In this document: in pieces, positions 8,420 to 16,702 of the stretch
How positions within the stretch are numbered: position 1 is the stretch's first letter
Layout: each line of letters starts with the position of its first letter
Source of the DNA: Minisyncoccota bacterium
Lineage (GTDB): Bacteria > Patescibacteriota > Minisyncoccia > Phycocordibacterales > CAJQIN01
Assembly (NCBI GenBank): GCA_905478465.1
Contig: CAJQIN010000002.1
Location: 24,312 to 88,311 of the forward strand
DNA: 64,000 nucleotides
Direction: 5' to 3'
The notes under the pieces: generated by a model
The model's database searches: none
What the model was told of the DNA's origin: nothing
The model's input: the letters and a program-made list of their open reading frames with translations, nothing else
Translations under genes and position numbers: made by a program

Positions 8420-10075
8420 TCACGTTGTAGAAAGGGCTTTTTGCAGACGTGGGCAGTTCTCGTAAAAATGCCAGAAGTCAACGAGGTAGCTTTTCAGGCG
8501 GTTGAACGAATTGTTCGACAAGTCCACATCACAGGAACCAGACACTGATATTGCCTCAAATACGTTGTATATTGGCGATAGTTCAGCGGTTCCAAAGCCT
8601 GTTTTTAAATCATAAGCAGGACCCCTAGAGAAGACTAGCTTATAGGCTAGTCTTTTCTTTGCCAAATCATCAGAAAGCCAGAGTTTTTCAGGGTTTTTTA
8701 TTAGTTTCATCGTAGACGCCAAAGCGGTTCCAAAGGTTTTAGGATAAGTGTTATCTGACTTAACTTGTTTCTTTAGTTGTTTTATTTCTTTTTCTATATC
8801 TCCTATCCTCTGTTCATACGTCCCTATTACGGACTCATTCTTTGCATTAACTATACGGTCCAAAAAAGTTTTCTTCTCTTCCTCTAATTTTTCTATTTCT
8901 TTTTTACTCCCTTCTCCTTTTTTGAATAGCTTAACCATTCTCTTCTCCCACACATCCTTAATTATTTTTTCTGCAAGATTAACAATCTGTTCTTTTGGAT
9001 GATTCTCAGTGAGTAAATCCAAAAAATCACTGTGTATGTTTTCTATGGGGATACTCTTTCCATAATATGGCGACTCCTTTTTATTGAACCTATAATATGG
9101 GTGCTTTCCGTTCCTACCTGTAGTCCAGCTAGCAGTTAAAGGATGTCTAGTCACAGAATCCACGATGAAACCCCTAAGCGGAAAATCTTTTGTCATTCCT
9201 TGTTTTTGAGTAGCTGGGTACAAAGGTTTGTTTTCTAACTTTCTTTCAATTTTATCTAAAATATCTTCTGAAATTATTCCCTTGTGCTTCCCTTCTCTTC
9301 TTGCAACTTCCCAGTCTGGATACTCAATAAACCCAGCGTACAAAGAAGCCCTCTTTAATAACCGAGAAGCGGTATCGGCATATACTTTTTTGTCTTTGTA
9401 GAAACCATTCTCATCCAAAAACTTCCTAAGCTCTTCTTTGTTTGAGAATCTTCCAGAAGCAAAACCCTCAAGACCTTCCCTAATCACTGAAGCAATAGGT
9501 TCATTAGGATGAAGGACCCAAGTACCGTCGCTAAGGTTTTTTCTAACAAAACCAGGGACCTTTGAACTAAAACCCCAATAACCTCTTTCAAGTCTTGCTT
9601 TCGTCTTTTGCACAACCTGTCTTTTATTCTGGTTTCTCTCAAGCTCAGCTCCAGCAGCTAAAATTGTCTCTACGTAACGACCCTCTGGAGTATCGTCGAA
9701 GTTAAAGTTTAAACACTCTGGTGTTATATCTCTTGATTTAAAAGCACTCCTAAGTTTGAGATGAAATTCAACATCTCTTGCAAATCTCTTCAAGTCATCA
9801 AATACAACAATATATTTATTATGCGGTTTACTATCAACATAATTAATTAAAGCTGACATAGCGGGCCTTTTCATAAAATCACCTCCTCCAGTAAAACTGT
9901 CTAGAAAAACTTCTTCTACTTCATAACCTTTACTTCTGGCGTATTCCTTACAGCGTTGCGCTTGACTATCCAATCCATTCCCTTCTTTAGTCTGCCTATC
10001 GGAAGACACACGAGCATATATAATTGCTTTAAGTTTAATTTCCATATTCTTTATTATAACCTTCATAATGCTCAT
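8420..10075 (-). CDS. large serine recombinase (integrase) 2
   Basis: Paralogue of int1 ('IIYARVSSDRQ', 'FDDLKRFARDVEFHLKLR' shared). The probable start MEIKL at 10045 overlaps the stop of a 49-aa upstream ORF (ATGGAAATTAA). Confidence 0.85.
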   Translation of the reverse strand: MSIMKVIIKNMEIKLKAIIYARVSSDRQTKEGNGLDSQAQRCKEYARSKGYEVEEVFLDSFTGGGDFMKRPAMSALINYVDSKPHNKYIVVFDDLKRFARDVEFHLKLRSAFKSRDITPECLNFNFDDTPEGRYVETILAAGAELERNQNKRQVVQKTKARLERGYWGFSSKVPGFVRKNLSDGTWVLHPNEPIASVIREGLEGFASGRFSNKEELRKFLDENGFYKDKKVYADTASRLLKRASLYAGFIEYPDWEVARREGKHKGIISEDILDKIERKLENKPLYPATQKQGMTKDFPLRGFIVDSVTRHPLTASWTTGRNGKHPYYRFNKKESPYYGKSIPIENIHSDFLDLLTENHPKEQIVNLAEKIIKDVWEKRMVKLFKKGEGSKKEIEKLEEEKKTFLDRIVNAKNESVIGTYEQRIGDIEKEIKQLKKQVKSDNTYPKTFGTALASTMKLIKNPEKLWLSDDLAKKRLAYKLVFSRGPAYDLKTGFGTAELSPIYNVFEAISVSGSCDVDLSNNSFNRLKSYLVDFWHFYENCPRLQKALSTT

Positions 10076-10184
10076 CTAAAACAACCTCAGCTAATGAATA
10101 TAGAGCATCTCTAAACATCTCCACCTCTTCATCAGAAATAGCCACATCAGCAAGATATTCTTTACATTCCTTAATAGGTATCAT
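10035..10184 (-). CDS. 49-aa acidic small protein overlapping integrase-2 start
   Basis: MIPIKECKEYLADVAISDEEVEMFRDALYSLAEVVLDEHYEGYNKEYGN; its stop overlaps the int2 ATG. Not in the ORF track because it is shorter than 60 aa. Confidence 0.3.
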   Translation of the reverse strand: MIPIKECKEYLADVAISDEEVEMFRDALYSLAEVVLDEHYEGYNKEYGN

Positions 10185-10220
10185 GTTTAGTAAAAACTCT
10201 TCATGTTAGTGATTTTTACC

Positions 10221-10442
10221 TCATTTTTTACGCCCCTCAAGAGACTTCGTAAGAGACATAAGATGCTTAATTAGTTTTTTTCTGTCTCCTTTATCATAGT
10301 CGTCACGATTAACTAATTTAGAGAAATTTTCTGTAATAGAATTGTAAGAAAAATTTCTACCATTAACAGCTGCTGCAAATGCCATATAGCTACTAATTGG
10401 TTCCTTGTAATACTTGTTAAACCTAGCCTTGATACTTCTCAT
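10221..10442 (-). CDS. hypothetical small basic protein
   Basis: 73-aa ORF upstream of the 49-aa ORF/int2 operon. Confidence 0.35.
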   Translation of the reverse strand: MRSIKARFNKYYKEPISSYMAFAAAVNGRNFSYNSITENFSKLVNRDDYDKGDRKKLIKHLMSLTKSLEGRKK

Positions 10443-10662
10443 GTTTGTTTTTAATTAAAAAATAAAAAAAGACGACAAATAGCAATAAAGCTATGTGTCG
10501 TCTTTTGTTAGATTTAACACAAGATGTCGTCTGACATCTAAATAAATATTCAGTTGTTACTTATTAATATACCACCTATACGTCTGTAGAGCAAGTTTTT
10601 TCCAGAAAACAAACATCTTCTAACTTTTCATATCCTACATTTTCCAACATTTGACAGAAGTC

Positions 10663-11385
10663 TTATAGTTTAAATTTTTTATCATACTTTTTTGATATCC
10701 AAGACTCCCAATAGTCAATAAACTTAAATGGGTCTTTAGCATACTCCAAACTAGGGTCTGCCTGTATTTGCTCATCTATTTTTTCAAATCTAGGGTACAT
10801 AAAACTAGAGTTATATAGTTTGTATTCCGACAACAACTCGTCTGTTACATCTTTTAAGTTATTAGAAAAGTTAAATGAGCCAGAACTTTTCCACTGGTCA
10901 TATCTACGCCCCCACTCTGTGTTTATTCTATCTTCTAAATACACAGGCCTTTCGTCTGCGTAACCTGTCTTACCACTACCCTCTGACGAATCTAAGGAAG
11001 CCTTTTTTAATTCCCTAGAGCAAGAAGTTACTTCATCATTAAGATTGTTAATTTTAATTTTGTAAGTAGTCGCCAAAGTGCCCAGCTCTAATTTCAATTT
11101 TTTATTTTCCTCTTCTAAAAAACTCATCCGTTCAGCCACGACGGGGTCATTTATTATTTTTTCAATAAATACTTCTTTTACCACGACCTCTTTTGTGTCC
11201 TTATTCACAGAATCACCAACTTCCTTTTGAGCTAGGTTAGGTTGAGAATTATTTTCTAAATTTTCTGGTATCACAAGTGTGTCATTTTTTGAGTTGAACC
11301 AACTTGAGGGATTCCACCAACTAGCATACGTGACCAATGGAATGATTATGACCACCACTATAAGTATTTTGGATATATTTTTCAT
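10663..11385 (-). CDS. secreted coiled-coil protein
   Basis: N-terminal signal-like segment MKNISKILIVVVIIIPLVTYASWW; coiled-coil region (EENKKLKLELGTL). Preceded by repeat copy B. Confidence 0.5.
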   Translation of the reverse strand: MKNISKILIVVVIIIPLVTYASWWNPSSWFNSKNDTLVIPENLENNSQPNLAQKEVGDSVNKDTKEVVVKEVFIEKIINDPVVAERMSFLEEENKKLKLELGTLATTYKIKINNLNDEVTSCSRELKKASLDSSEGSGKTGYADERPVYLEDRINTEWGRRYDQWKSSGSFNFSNNLKDVTDELLSEYKLYNSSFMYPRFEKIDEQIQADPSLEYAKDPFKFIDYWESWISKKYDKKFKL

Positions 11386-11412
11386 ATTTGTTTGTAGCGT
11401 TTAAATAATAAG

Positions 11413-11562
11413 ATACACAAAACCCGCCACTAGAAGCCCCTAAAGGCCTACACGAGTTTCCAAGTGCAACGCTACAAACGTCCCTAATGACGGGTTTTTT
11501 ATGTTTGTAGCGTTTTTTCAGACCATGCCTTATTTTATAGGTTTAGGTCACCATATTTAATT
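11413..11562 (+). repeat. structured intergenic repeat, copy B
   Basis: See copy A. The right stem arm GTTTGTAGCGTT also occurs a third time at 11392..11403. Confidence 0.6.
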
Positions 11563-11611
11563 ATTTAATTACAAGCTAAATAATACATCACTTACAGGTA
11601 TTTTACACACC

Positions 11612-12307
11612 TTATTTTTCAATCTCTAACAAGCAATCGCTGGTCTGCTTACCCGTATCTGGGTTCACACATTTGTATGCAATAACTAACTCATCTATAG
11701 AGGAGTTTCTGTCAAGTGAGTTAACGTACGTAGTGAAAATAGTTTTGTTTGAAACATTTAAAAGTGCCACCCAGTCTGCAACCATAATTGGGTTACTTCT
11801 ATTCTTTGTCTCCCTGTAGACAATTTCACCTAGTGGAAAAAGTACCTCAGTATAATCTCCTGTATTATGATTAACGACAGCACCTTCTGACACCAAATGT
11901 CCACCAAACACACCAGGGCTCAAATAGAAATCCTCCCAATAATCAAGCGGCTTACCACTCTTTTGAACTCTAATATATAAGTACCCACAAGCAACTTTAG
12001 AGTTAGAGCCATACCGATTTACGACAACAGTTCTATCTTCGATAAAACCGTTATAAGCATTCACAAAAGTTCTATCTCCCAAAAGCTCAATAGAACTTTT
12101 ATCTTTTAAAGACTTGAAACTATCAAAATCTCTCGGACAACTAACGGTAGGATTTTCTATCTGCTTAATAACCTGATTAGCAACGTCCTTAAACTGGTCT
12201 TTACTAGGATTTACTTTCTCCGCAAGCCAAACAGAAAACACCACAAACAAAATAGACACCGCTATTAACAAAAATGCTTTAACAATACTTTTAAAATTAT
12301 TTTTCAT
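11612..12307 (-). CDS. membrane-anchored extracytoplasmic protein
   Basis: ORF 11612..12352; the likely start MKNNFKS at 12307 is followed by a TM helix. Confidence 0.5.
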   Translation of the reverse strand: MKNNFKSIVKAFLLIAVSILFVVFSVWLAEKVNPSKDQFKDVANQVIKQIENPTVSCPRDFDSFKSLKDKSSIELLGDRTFVNAYNGFIEDRTVVVNRYGSNSKVACGYLYIRVQKSGKPLDYWEDFYLSPGVFGGHLVSEGAVVNHNTGDYTEVLFPLGEIVYRETKNRSNPIMVADWVALLNVSNKTIFTTYVNSLDRNSSIDELVIAYKCVNPDTGKQTSDCLLEIEK

Positions 12308-12311
12308 TAGA

Positions 12312-12614
12312 TTAATTATTATTCCGTTCCTCAACAAGAATTTTAAACTCATATTTAATAAAGAATATGTATAAAACAGTTATTAGTATGCTAACAAAAA
12401 CTGGCAAGAGTAATGCATGAATTTTGTCTGGTATTTCTTCAAGCCAAAACGTTTTTACTGCCACCTTAATATCAGGCGCAAAGAAATTTGTTACCCCGAC
12501 AAACGTTACCATTAAAGACGCCAACAATGCTCCTGCCACAAAATTAAAAATCGTGGCAATAGTAACTAATATACAAGTAACTACTAAGATATTCCCTAAT
12601 TTAATAAAAAACAT
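12312..12614 (-). CDS. small integral membrane protein
   Basis: 100 aa, three hydrophobic segments. Confidence 0.4.
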   Translation of the reverse strand: MFFIKLGNILVVTCILVTIATIFNFVAGALLASLMVTFVGVTNFFAPDIKVAVKTFWLEEIPDKIHALLLPVFVSILITVLYIFFIKYEFKILVEERNNN

Positions 12615-12784
12615 ATATTCTATAAATCAAATCTAACCTAATATACACTTAAAAACAAGGTCCTTAATTAATTACCACCAGGTGCTTACATGTGGTCAGA
12701 AATATGATTTTCAAGATATTCACCAAAATAAAATTAGTTATAACTCTTTTTTATTTCAAAATATTTTAAAACAGCATTTAAACC

Positions 12785-13249
12785 CTAAAGATTATTCTGA
12801 TAGTACTCATCTAGATATTTTTGTAACTTAAAATACCAAAGAGTAAAGCCTACTACGGTCAGTAAAAATCCTACCCACAACAGACTTTGTGCAAGAAACC
12901 TACCTTCCGTAACTTTAGAAAGTTTGGTTTTTGTAATTATAAAGTTTTCTTGAACTTCCTTAATTCTGTTTTCATATTTAATAACCCCACCCTTAAATAA
13001 AACTATATACTCAAGTTTTACTTGCTCACTTGAAACAAGAACTTCATCAAGAACCCCGTTAAGCTGTTCCCTGGTACTATTTACCTCCTGTGTTAATGTT
13101 TCAATTTCTAACTCATTAAAATATTCCTGTTGATAAATATCAAGCAAACTATTCGATGTTTGATAAAAGAGGATAGAACCTGTAACAAAAACAAGTAATC
13201 CCGCTATGGCGATAAATTTATAAAGATTGTCAGTAGGAATTTTAAGCAT
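12785..13249 (-). CDS. membrane protein
   Basis: 154 aa with N- and C-terminal TM segments. Confidence 0.45.
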   Translation of the reverse strand: MLKIPTDNLYKFIAIAGLLVFVTGSILFYQTSNSLLDIYQQEYFNELEIETLTQEVNSTREQLNGVLDEVLVSSEQVKLEYIVLFKGGVIKYENRIKEVQENFIITKTKLSKVTEGRFLAQSLLWVGFLLTVVGFTLWYFKLQKYLDEYYQNNL

Positions 13250-13598
13250 AAATTTAGTAAGTATCTAATAACTTATTTATATTTTACCTTAAATAACGTT
13301 CTATTACTCCTGCGTGTGTCTACTACCCAAATCATCTACCAATTTAAACCATTTCTAAACCTATGGACATTTCTCCAATTTCTAATACCCAATCTTTTAT
13401 TAGGTTCCAATTTTTCGACAAGATGTCCACCAAAAATACTAAACTTCCAAAAAATAACAGACAAAATACCTGTTGTTTTTACATTTTATAAAAACACCAC
13501 TTACCTCTCTTTGTCTAAACCCAGACTTGACAACTAACCCATAAGAGACGAATATACGAAACAAACCCTAGAACCTTCACATAGAAAAGGAGATACCA

Positions 13599-14159
13599 TT
13601 GAGATTAATTAACGGCATACCAAAAGGAGCTCTTTTGGAATTAGCAGTCCTTGGAAAGGCGTGTTCTATACACAACGAAGAACCATTATTCACAGGTGAC
13701 TACCGAAAATTTGAAGATTGTATACGGATAGCTAAAAAAGTCGCCCGGCAAGATGGCTGGAATGCTCACAAACCAGATGAAAAACTTCTTATCAGTCATC
13801 TTCTATCGGAAATAAGACAGATACTCAGGAATATAAACAAAAAAAATATTACAGTGTCTGTATTTTTAGCAACAAACACTCCATTAGATTTATTACACTC
13901 TGTAGATGGATTCTTCACGGCAAAATTCAGTAGCAAAACTCAGAAGAGTACGCACGAGGCTAGATTTTATTTTGATCTGAGTCTAAATCCAGAAAAAAAA
14001 CACAAAAAAGGAGTAGATATCTTTCGAGAAGATGATTTTTACAAACCTAAATTAAAAAATACTGCCAAACGAGTAACAAGAGTTCTTCAAAAACAACTAC
14101 AATCCATCCCACTTGTTACAAAAAACAAGAAGAAAATAAAAGGAGCTTCATATGTCTAA
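13599..14159 (+). CDS. hypothetical protein
   Basis: 186 aa; TTG start with AAGGAGA 7 nt upstream; candidate promoter TTGACA-N17-GAATAT upstream. Confidence 0.5.
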   Translation: MRLINGIPKGALLELAVLGKACSIHNEEPLFTGDYRKFEDCIRIAKKVARQDGWNAHKPDEKLLISHLLSEIRQILRNINKKNITVSVFLATNTPLDLLHSVDGFFTAKFSSKTQKSTHEARFYFDLSLNPEKKHKKGVDIFREDDFYKPKLKNTAKRVTRVLQKQLQSIPLVTKNKKKIKGASYV

Positions 14160-14289
14160 TTATAAACCTGGACAAAAACCTATAATCACCTGTCCTGAGC
14201 GTAAGTACAAGTACTACCAAGGTACCCCTGTTCATGATAAAAATTGTCCTCGATTAAAAAAACCTAACGAGACAAAAACAAAAAACTGA
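14152..14289 (+). CDS. 45-aa small Cys-containing protein, translationally coupled
   Basis: MSNYKPGQKPIITCPERKYKYYQGTPVHDKNCPRLKKPNETKTKN; AAGGAG 6 nt upstream; ATG overlaps the preceding stop (ATGTCTAA). Confidence 0.3.
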   Translation: MSNYKPGQKPIITCPERKYKYYQGTPVHDKNCPRLKKPNETKTKN

Positions 14290-14328
14290 GTTCGAAATAA
14301 AATTATCTCAACACAAAACAATTTAAAA

Positions 14329-14368
14329 CTCCCTTGGACCAAAACGCGTGGTCCTTGGGAGTTATTTT
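14329..14368 (+). terminator. rho-independent terminator
   Basis: CTCCCTTGGACC...GGTCCTTGGGAG imperfect stem followed by TTATTTTT. Confidence 0.5.
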
Positions 14369-14382
14369 TAATCATATAAAAC

Positions 14383-14410
14383 TTGACTTTTTATTTCTTT
14401 AGTGTATACT
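14383..14410 (+). promoter_or_regulatory. near-consensus sigma70-type promoter TTGACT-N16-TATACT
   Basis: -35 TTGACT 14383..14388, -10 TATACT 14405..14410 with GTG just upstream. Confidence 0.55.
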
Positions 14411-14457
14411 TCTTACTAGAGTTTAATTGTTTAAACATTTTCATTGGAGGAAAATTC

Positions 14458-14580
14458 ATGTTTTCAGTAACCTTTCAAAGTGGCTTTTACTCGGCCCATG
14501 GTCCGTCTGGGGAAATCCTCGGACAGGGCAGTACGCCCACAGAAGCCTGCCAACAGGCTGAAATTACGTTGTTGAGATAA
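14458..14580 (+). CDS. 40-aa small peptide MFSVTFQSGFYSAHGPSGEILGQGSTPTEACQQAEITLLR
   Basis: GGAGG 7 nt upstream of ATG 14458, strong promoter upstream, strong terminator downstream. The ORF track start at 14383 is inside the promoter. Confidence 0.5.
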   Translation: MFSVTFQSGFYSAHGPSGEILGQGSTPTEACQQAEITLLR

Positions 14581-14604
14581 AAATCTCCAACAACACAAAA
14601 ACCC

Positions 14605-14638
14605 ATACCCTACAACATTGTTGTAGGGTATATTTTTA
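14605..14638. terminator. bidirectional rho-independent terminator
   Basis: 13-bp stem ATACCCTACAACA/TGTTGTAGGGTAT with a T-run on the + side and an A-run on the other side (T-run for the minus-strand ORF). Confidence 0.7.
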
Positions 14639-14647
14639 TACCAAAAT

Positions 14648-14734
14648 CTAGCTATGCAGTGCCAATGCTAAAAAAGCTAATGCAACTCCACCAATAACAA
14701 CAAGTGCTGCCCAAACAATTCTTTGTTTACTCAT
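14648..14734 (-). CDS. 28-aa hydrophobic peptide MSKQRIVWAALVVIGGVALAFLALALHS (leaderless candidate)
   Basis: A perfect TATAAT lies 8 nt upstream of the ATG on the minus strand; the stop is followed by the shared terminator. Not in the ORF track. Confidence 0.3.
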   Translation of the reverse strand: MSKQRIVWAALVVIGGVALAFLALALHS

Positions 14735-14764
14735 ATATCTTTATTATACATCAGCTATTTTTAT

Positions 14765-14811
14765 TTGCAGACTTCTACACACATGCTATACTTTATATGA
14801 ACGATTGTTCA
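14765..14811 (+). promoter_or_regulatory. arsR promoter (TTGCAG-N16-TATACT) with operator palindrome TGAACGATTGTTCA
   Basis: -35 at 14765..14770, -10 at 14787..14792; perfect 5-4-5 palindrome at 14798..14811 between the -10 and the ATG. Confidence 0.45.
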
Positions 14812-14820
14812 CACATTCAT

Positions 14821-15111
14821 ATGACTATCGATCAAAAAAAAGCAATACGCATAGCGTCAACATTGAAGGTTCTAGCGGACCCCATGAGATTACGTATCAT
14901 CAGCCTTCTTCTTTCAAAAGAAGCTGGTTCTTGTGTTGGAGACATAGCAAAAGAAGTGAGACTCTCACCTTCTGCTACCTCACATCAGCTGGCCAAACTT
15001 GAAGACAAGGGTATTGTCACAAGTACCAGAGATGGACAAATGATATGCTACCGTCTCGTTGACTGCCATGCTGTACAGGATATTATTAATGTTATTAATC
15101 ATTTTAATTAA
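14821..15111 (+). CDS. ArsR/SmtB-family transcriptional regulator
   Basis: ASTLKVLADPMRLRIISLL...VGDIAKEVRLSPSATSHQLAKLEDKGIV is a winged-HTH signature of the ArsR family; likely start MTIDQKK (the ORF track begins at 14704). Confidence 0.7.
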   Translation: MTIDQKKAIRIASTLKVLADPMRLRIISLLLSKEAGSCVGDIAKEVRLSPSATSHQLAKLEDKGIVTSTRDGQMICYRLVDCHAVQDIINVINHFN

Positions 15112-15116
15112 AAGAT

Positions 15117-15353
15117 ATGAAAAATATTACAATCTACTCAACACCTACCTGTCATTACTGTCACTTAGTAAAAGACTTTCTAACCGAAAACAATGTAACT
15201 TTTACTGACTACAACGTTGCAGAAGATGCAGACAAACGACAAGAAATGCTAGACAAAACAGGACAAATGGGAGTACCTGTTGTTGATATCGAAGGAGAAA
15301 TAATGGTTGGATTTAACGAAGAGAAGCTTCGAGAAGTTCTAAACATTAAATAA
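15117..15353 (+). CDS. glutaredoxin-like / NrdH-like thiol-disulfide oxidoreductase
   Basis: 78 aa with a thioredoxin-fold CxxC motif 'TCHYC' near the N-terminus and a conserved GVP motif. Confidence 0.65.
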   Translation: MKNITIYSTPTCHYCHLVKDFLTENNVTFTDYNVAEDADKRQEMLDKTGQMGVPVVDIEGEIMVGFNEEKLREVLNIK

Positions 15354-15358
15354 AACAT

Positions 15359-15748
15359 ATGGATATAATCTTTATCATAGGAAGAATCATGTTTGGAATG
15401 ATTTTTCTTCTATCTGGAGTAAATCACTTCACCAAACTTGAGAATCTGACAAGTTATGCGGCTTCTAAAAAAGTTCCTGCACCAAAATTAGCAACAATAG
15501 GAACAGGTATCCTTTTGATACTTGGTTCTCTTGGTATTATTTTTGGAGTGTACGTTACATTCGCTCTCTGGGCACTTGTACTATTTCTTGTACCTACAGC
15601 ACTAATGATGCACACATTCTGGAAAGAAACTGACCCTCAAACAAAACAAATGGAAATGATAGCTTTTTTGAAAGATATCTCTTTGGCTGGAGCAGCTCTG
15701 ATGCTTCTTTCAATCCCCCTCCCATGGACGCTTAATGGACTAGTATAA
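15359..15748 (+). CDS. DoxX-family membrane protein
   Basis: 129 aa, 4 TM, DoxX-like length and hydrophobicity pattern; terminator at 15774..15797. Confidence 0.55.
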   Translation: MDIIFIIGRIMFGMIFLLSGVNHFTKLENLTSYAASKKVPAPKLATIGTGILLILGSLGIIFGVYVTFALWALVLFLVPTALMMHTFWKETDPQTKQMEMIAFLKDISLAGAALMLLSIPLPWTLNGLV

Positions 15749-15809
15749 GAAAAATACACAATACTAAAAAACAAAAAATGCACGTATGTGCATTTTTTGT
15801 TAGTTTTAT

Positions 15810-16697
15810 TTGAATCAGAACTCTGTTAAGGTAACTACTATTATGAAAATAGCTATATTTACCAACAAAACATTTACTGAACTAGAGGAACTTAAATCCA
15901 TAGCAGAAAAACGTGGGCATATTTTAGATTTTATAAAAATACCCAATATTGAAATTACTAGTTTTTCCGATCAAAACGAAATCAAAAAATTGTTTTCCTA
16001 TGATGTTGTACATTATAGAACCGGAATGAACATAGATTGCGCTAACATTCTAGGTAAAATTCTAAAAGAAAAAAATGTTACTTTTATAAACGAAGCTTTT
16101 TACACCCACCCTCTTTTTATAAATAAAATATTTCAAACAGTGTGTTGTTCAGAGGCAGGCATATTATGCCCTAAGACTTTTACAGCAAAAAACCCTAACT
16201 ACCAAGAAATTTCTAAGCTTTTGGGTAAGAAATTTATTATGAAAAATTCACGAGGATGTCAGGGTAAACATGTATACCTCATATCCAACAAAAATGATTT
16301 GCAAGAATCTTTGGAAGTAGAAAATAACAATATCTTATTTCAAGAACTTATTCCCAATACTGGAGATTTTAGAATTCATACTTTTGGAAATACGGTGGCC
16401 ACTATATATAAACGCATACCTTCAAATGGTGATTTCAGAGCAAACTTTTCTCTAGGTGGCTCTATGCAAAACGTTGAAAAAGGTGATTTATACAATGAGT
16501 TATCTAAAATAGCAAATAAAGCCACCCAAGTTCTTAACTTACAAATATCAGGAATTGACATCATTCAATCTAAGAAAAATGGAAAATTATACTTTATTGA
16601 ATCAAACGAAAATCCAGGCTGGAAACAGGTCCAAGAAATAACAGGTACTGACATATCTGAAGCAACGATAAATTACTATGAGTCCACTTGTCTATAG
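15810..16697 (+). CDS. RimK-like ATP-grasp ligase
   Basis: Motifs 'GDFRANFSLGGS', 'GKHVYLISN', 'ELIPNTGDFRIHTFG' are typical of RimK/GshB-type ATP-grasp enzymes; likely start MKIAIF at 15843. Confidence 0.65.
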   Translation: MNQNSVKVTTIMKIAIFTNKTFTELEELKSIAEKRGHILDFIKIPNIEITSFSDQNEIKKLFSYDVVHYRTGMNIDCANILGKILKEKNVTFINEAFYTHPLFINKIFQTVCCSEAGILCPKTFTAKNPNYQEISKLLGKKFIMKNSRGCQGKHVYLISNKNDLQESLEVENNNILFQELIPNTGDFRIHTFGNTVATIYKRIPSNGDFRANFSLGGSMQNVEKGDLYNELSKIANKATQVLNLQISGIDIIQSKKNGKLYFIESNENPGWKQVQEITGTDISEATINYYESTCL

Positions 16698-16702
16698 ACT
16701 AT

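Larger units (their letters stand above)
2726..14300. mobile_element. Accessory region: probably two tandem integrative islands, each with a large serine recombinase; the first abuts/overlaps the ssrA 3' end
   Basis: Two paralogous large serine recombinases (2726..4324, 8420..10075). int1 C-terminal codons overlap the tmRNA T-arm/acceptor. Cargo is ImmA/IrrE-PIN plus secreted/membrane proteins; no housekeeping genes. Boundaries are not resolved; the right end is placed at the terminator at 14329..14368. Confidence 0.5.

Noticed and set aside
14458-14580. Double-glycine (class II bacteriocin/ComC-type) leader in the 40-aa peptide
   Set aside because: GEILGQG does not fit the LSxxELxxIxGG consensus, and no ABC/peptidase-C39 transporter is nearby.
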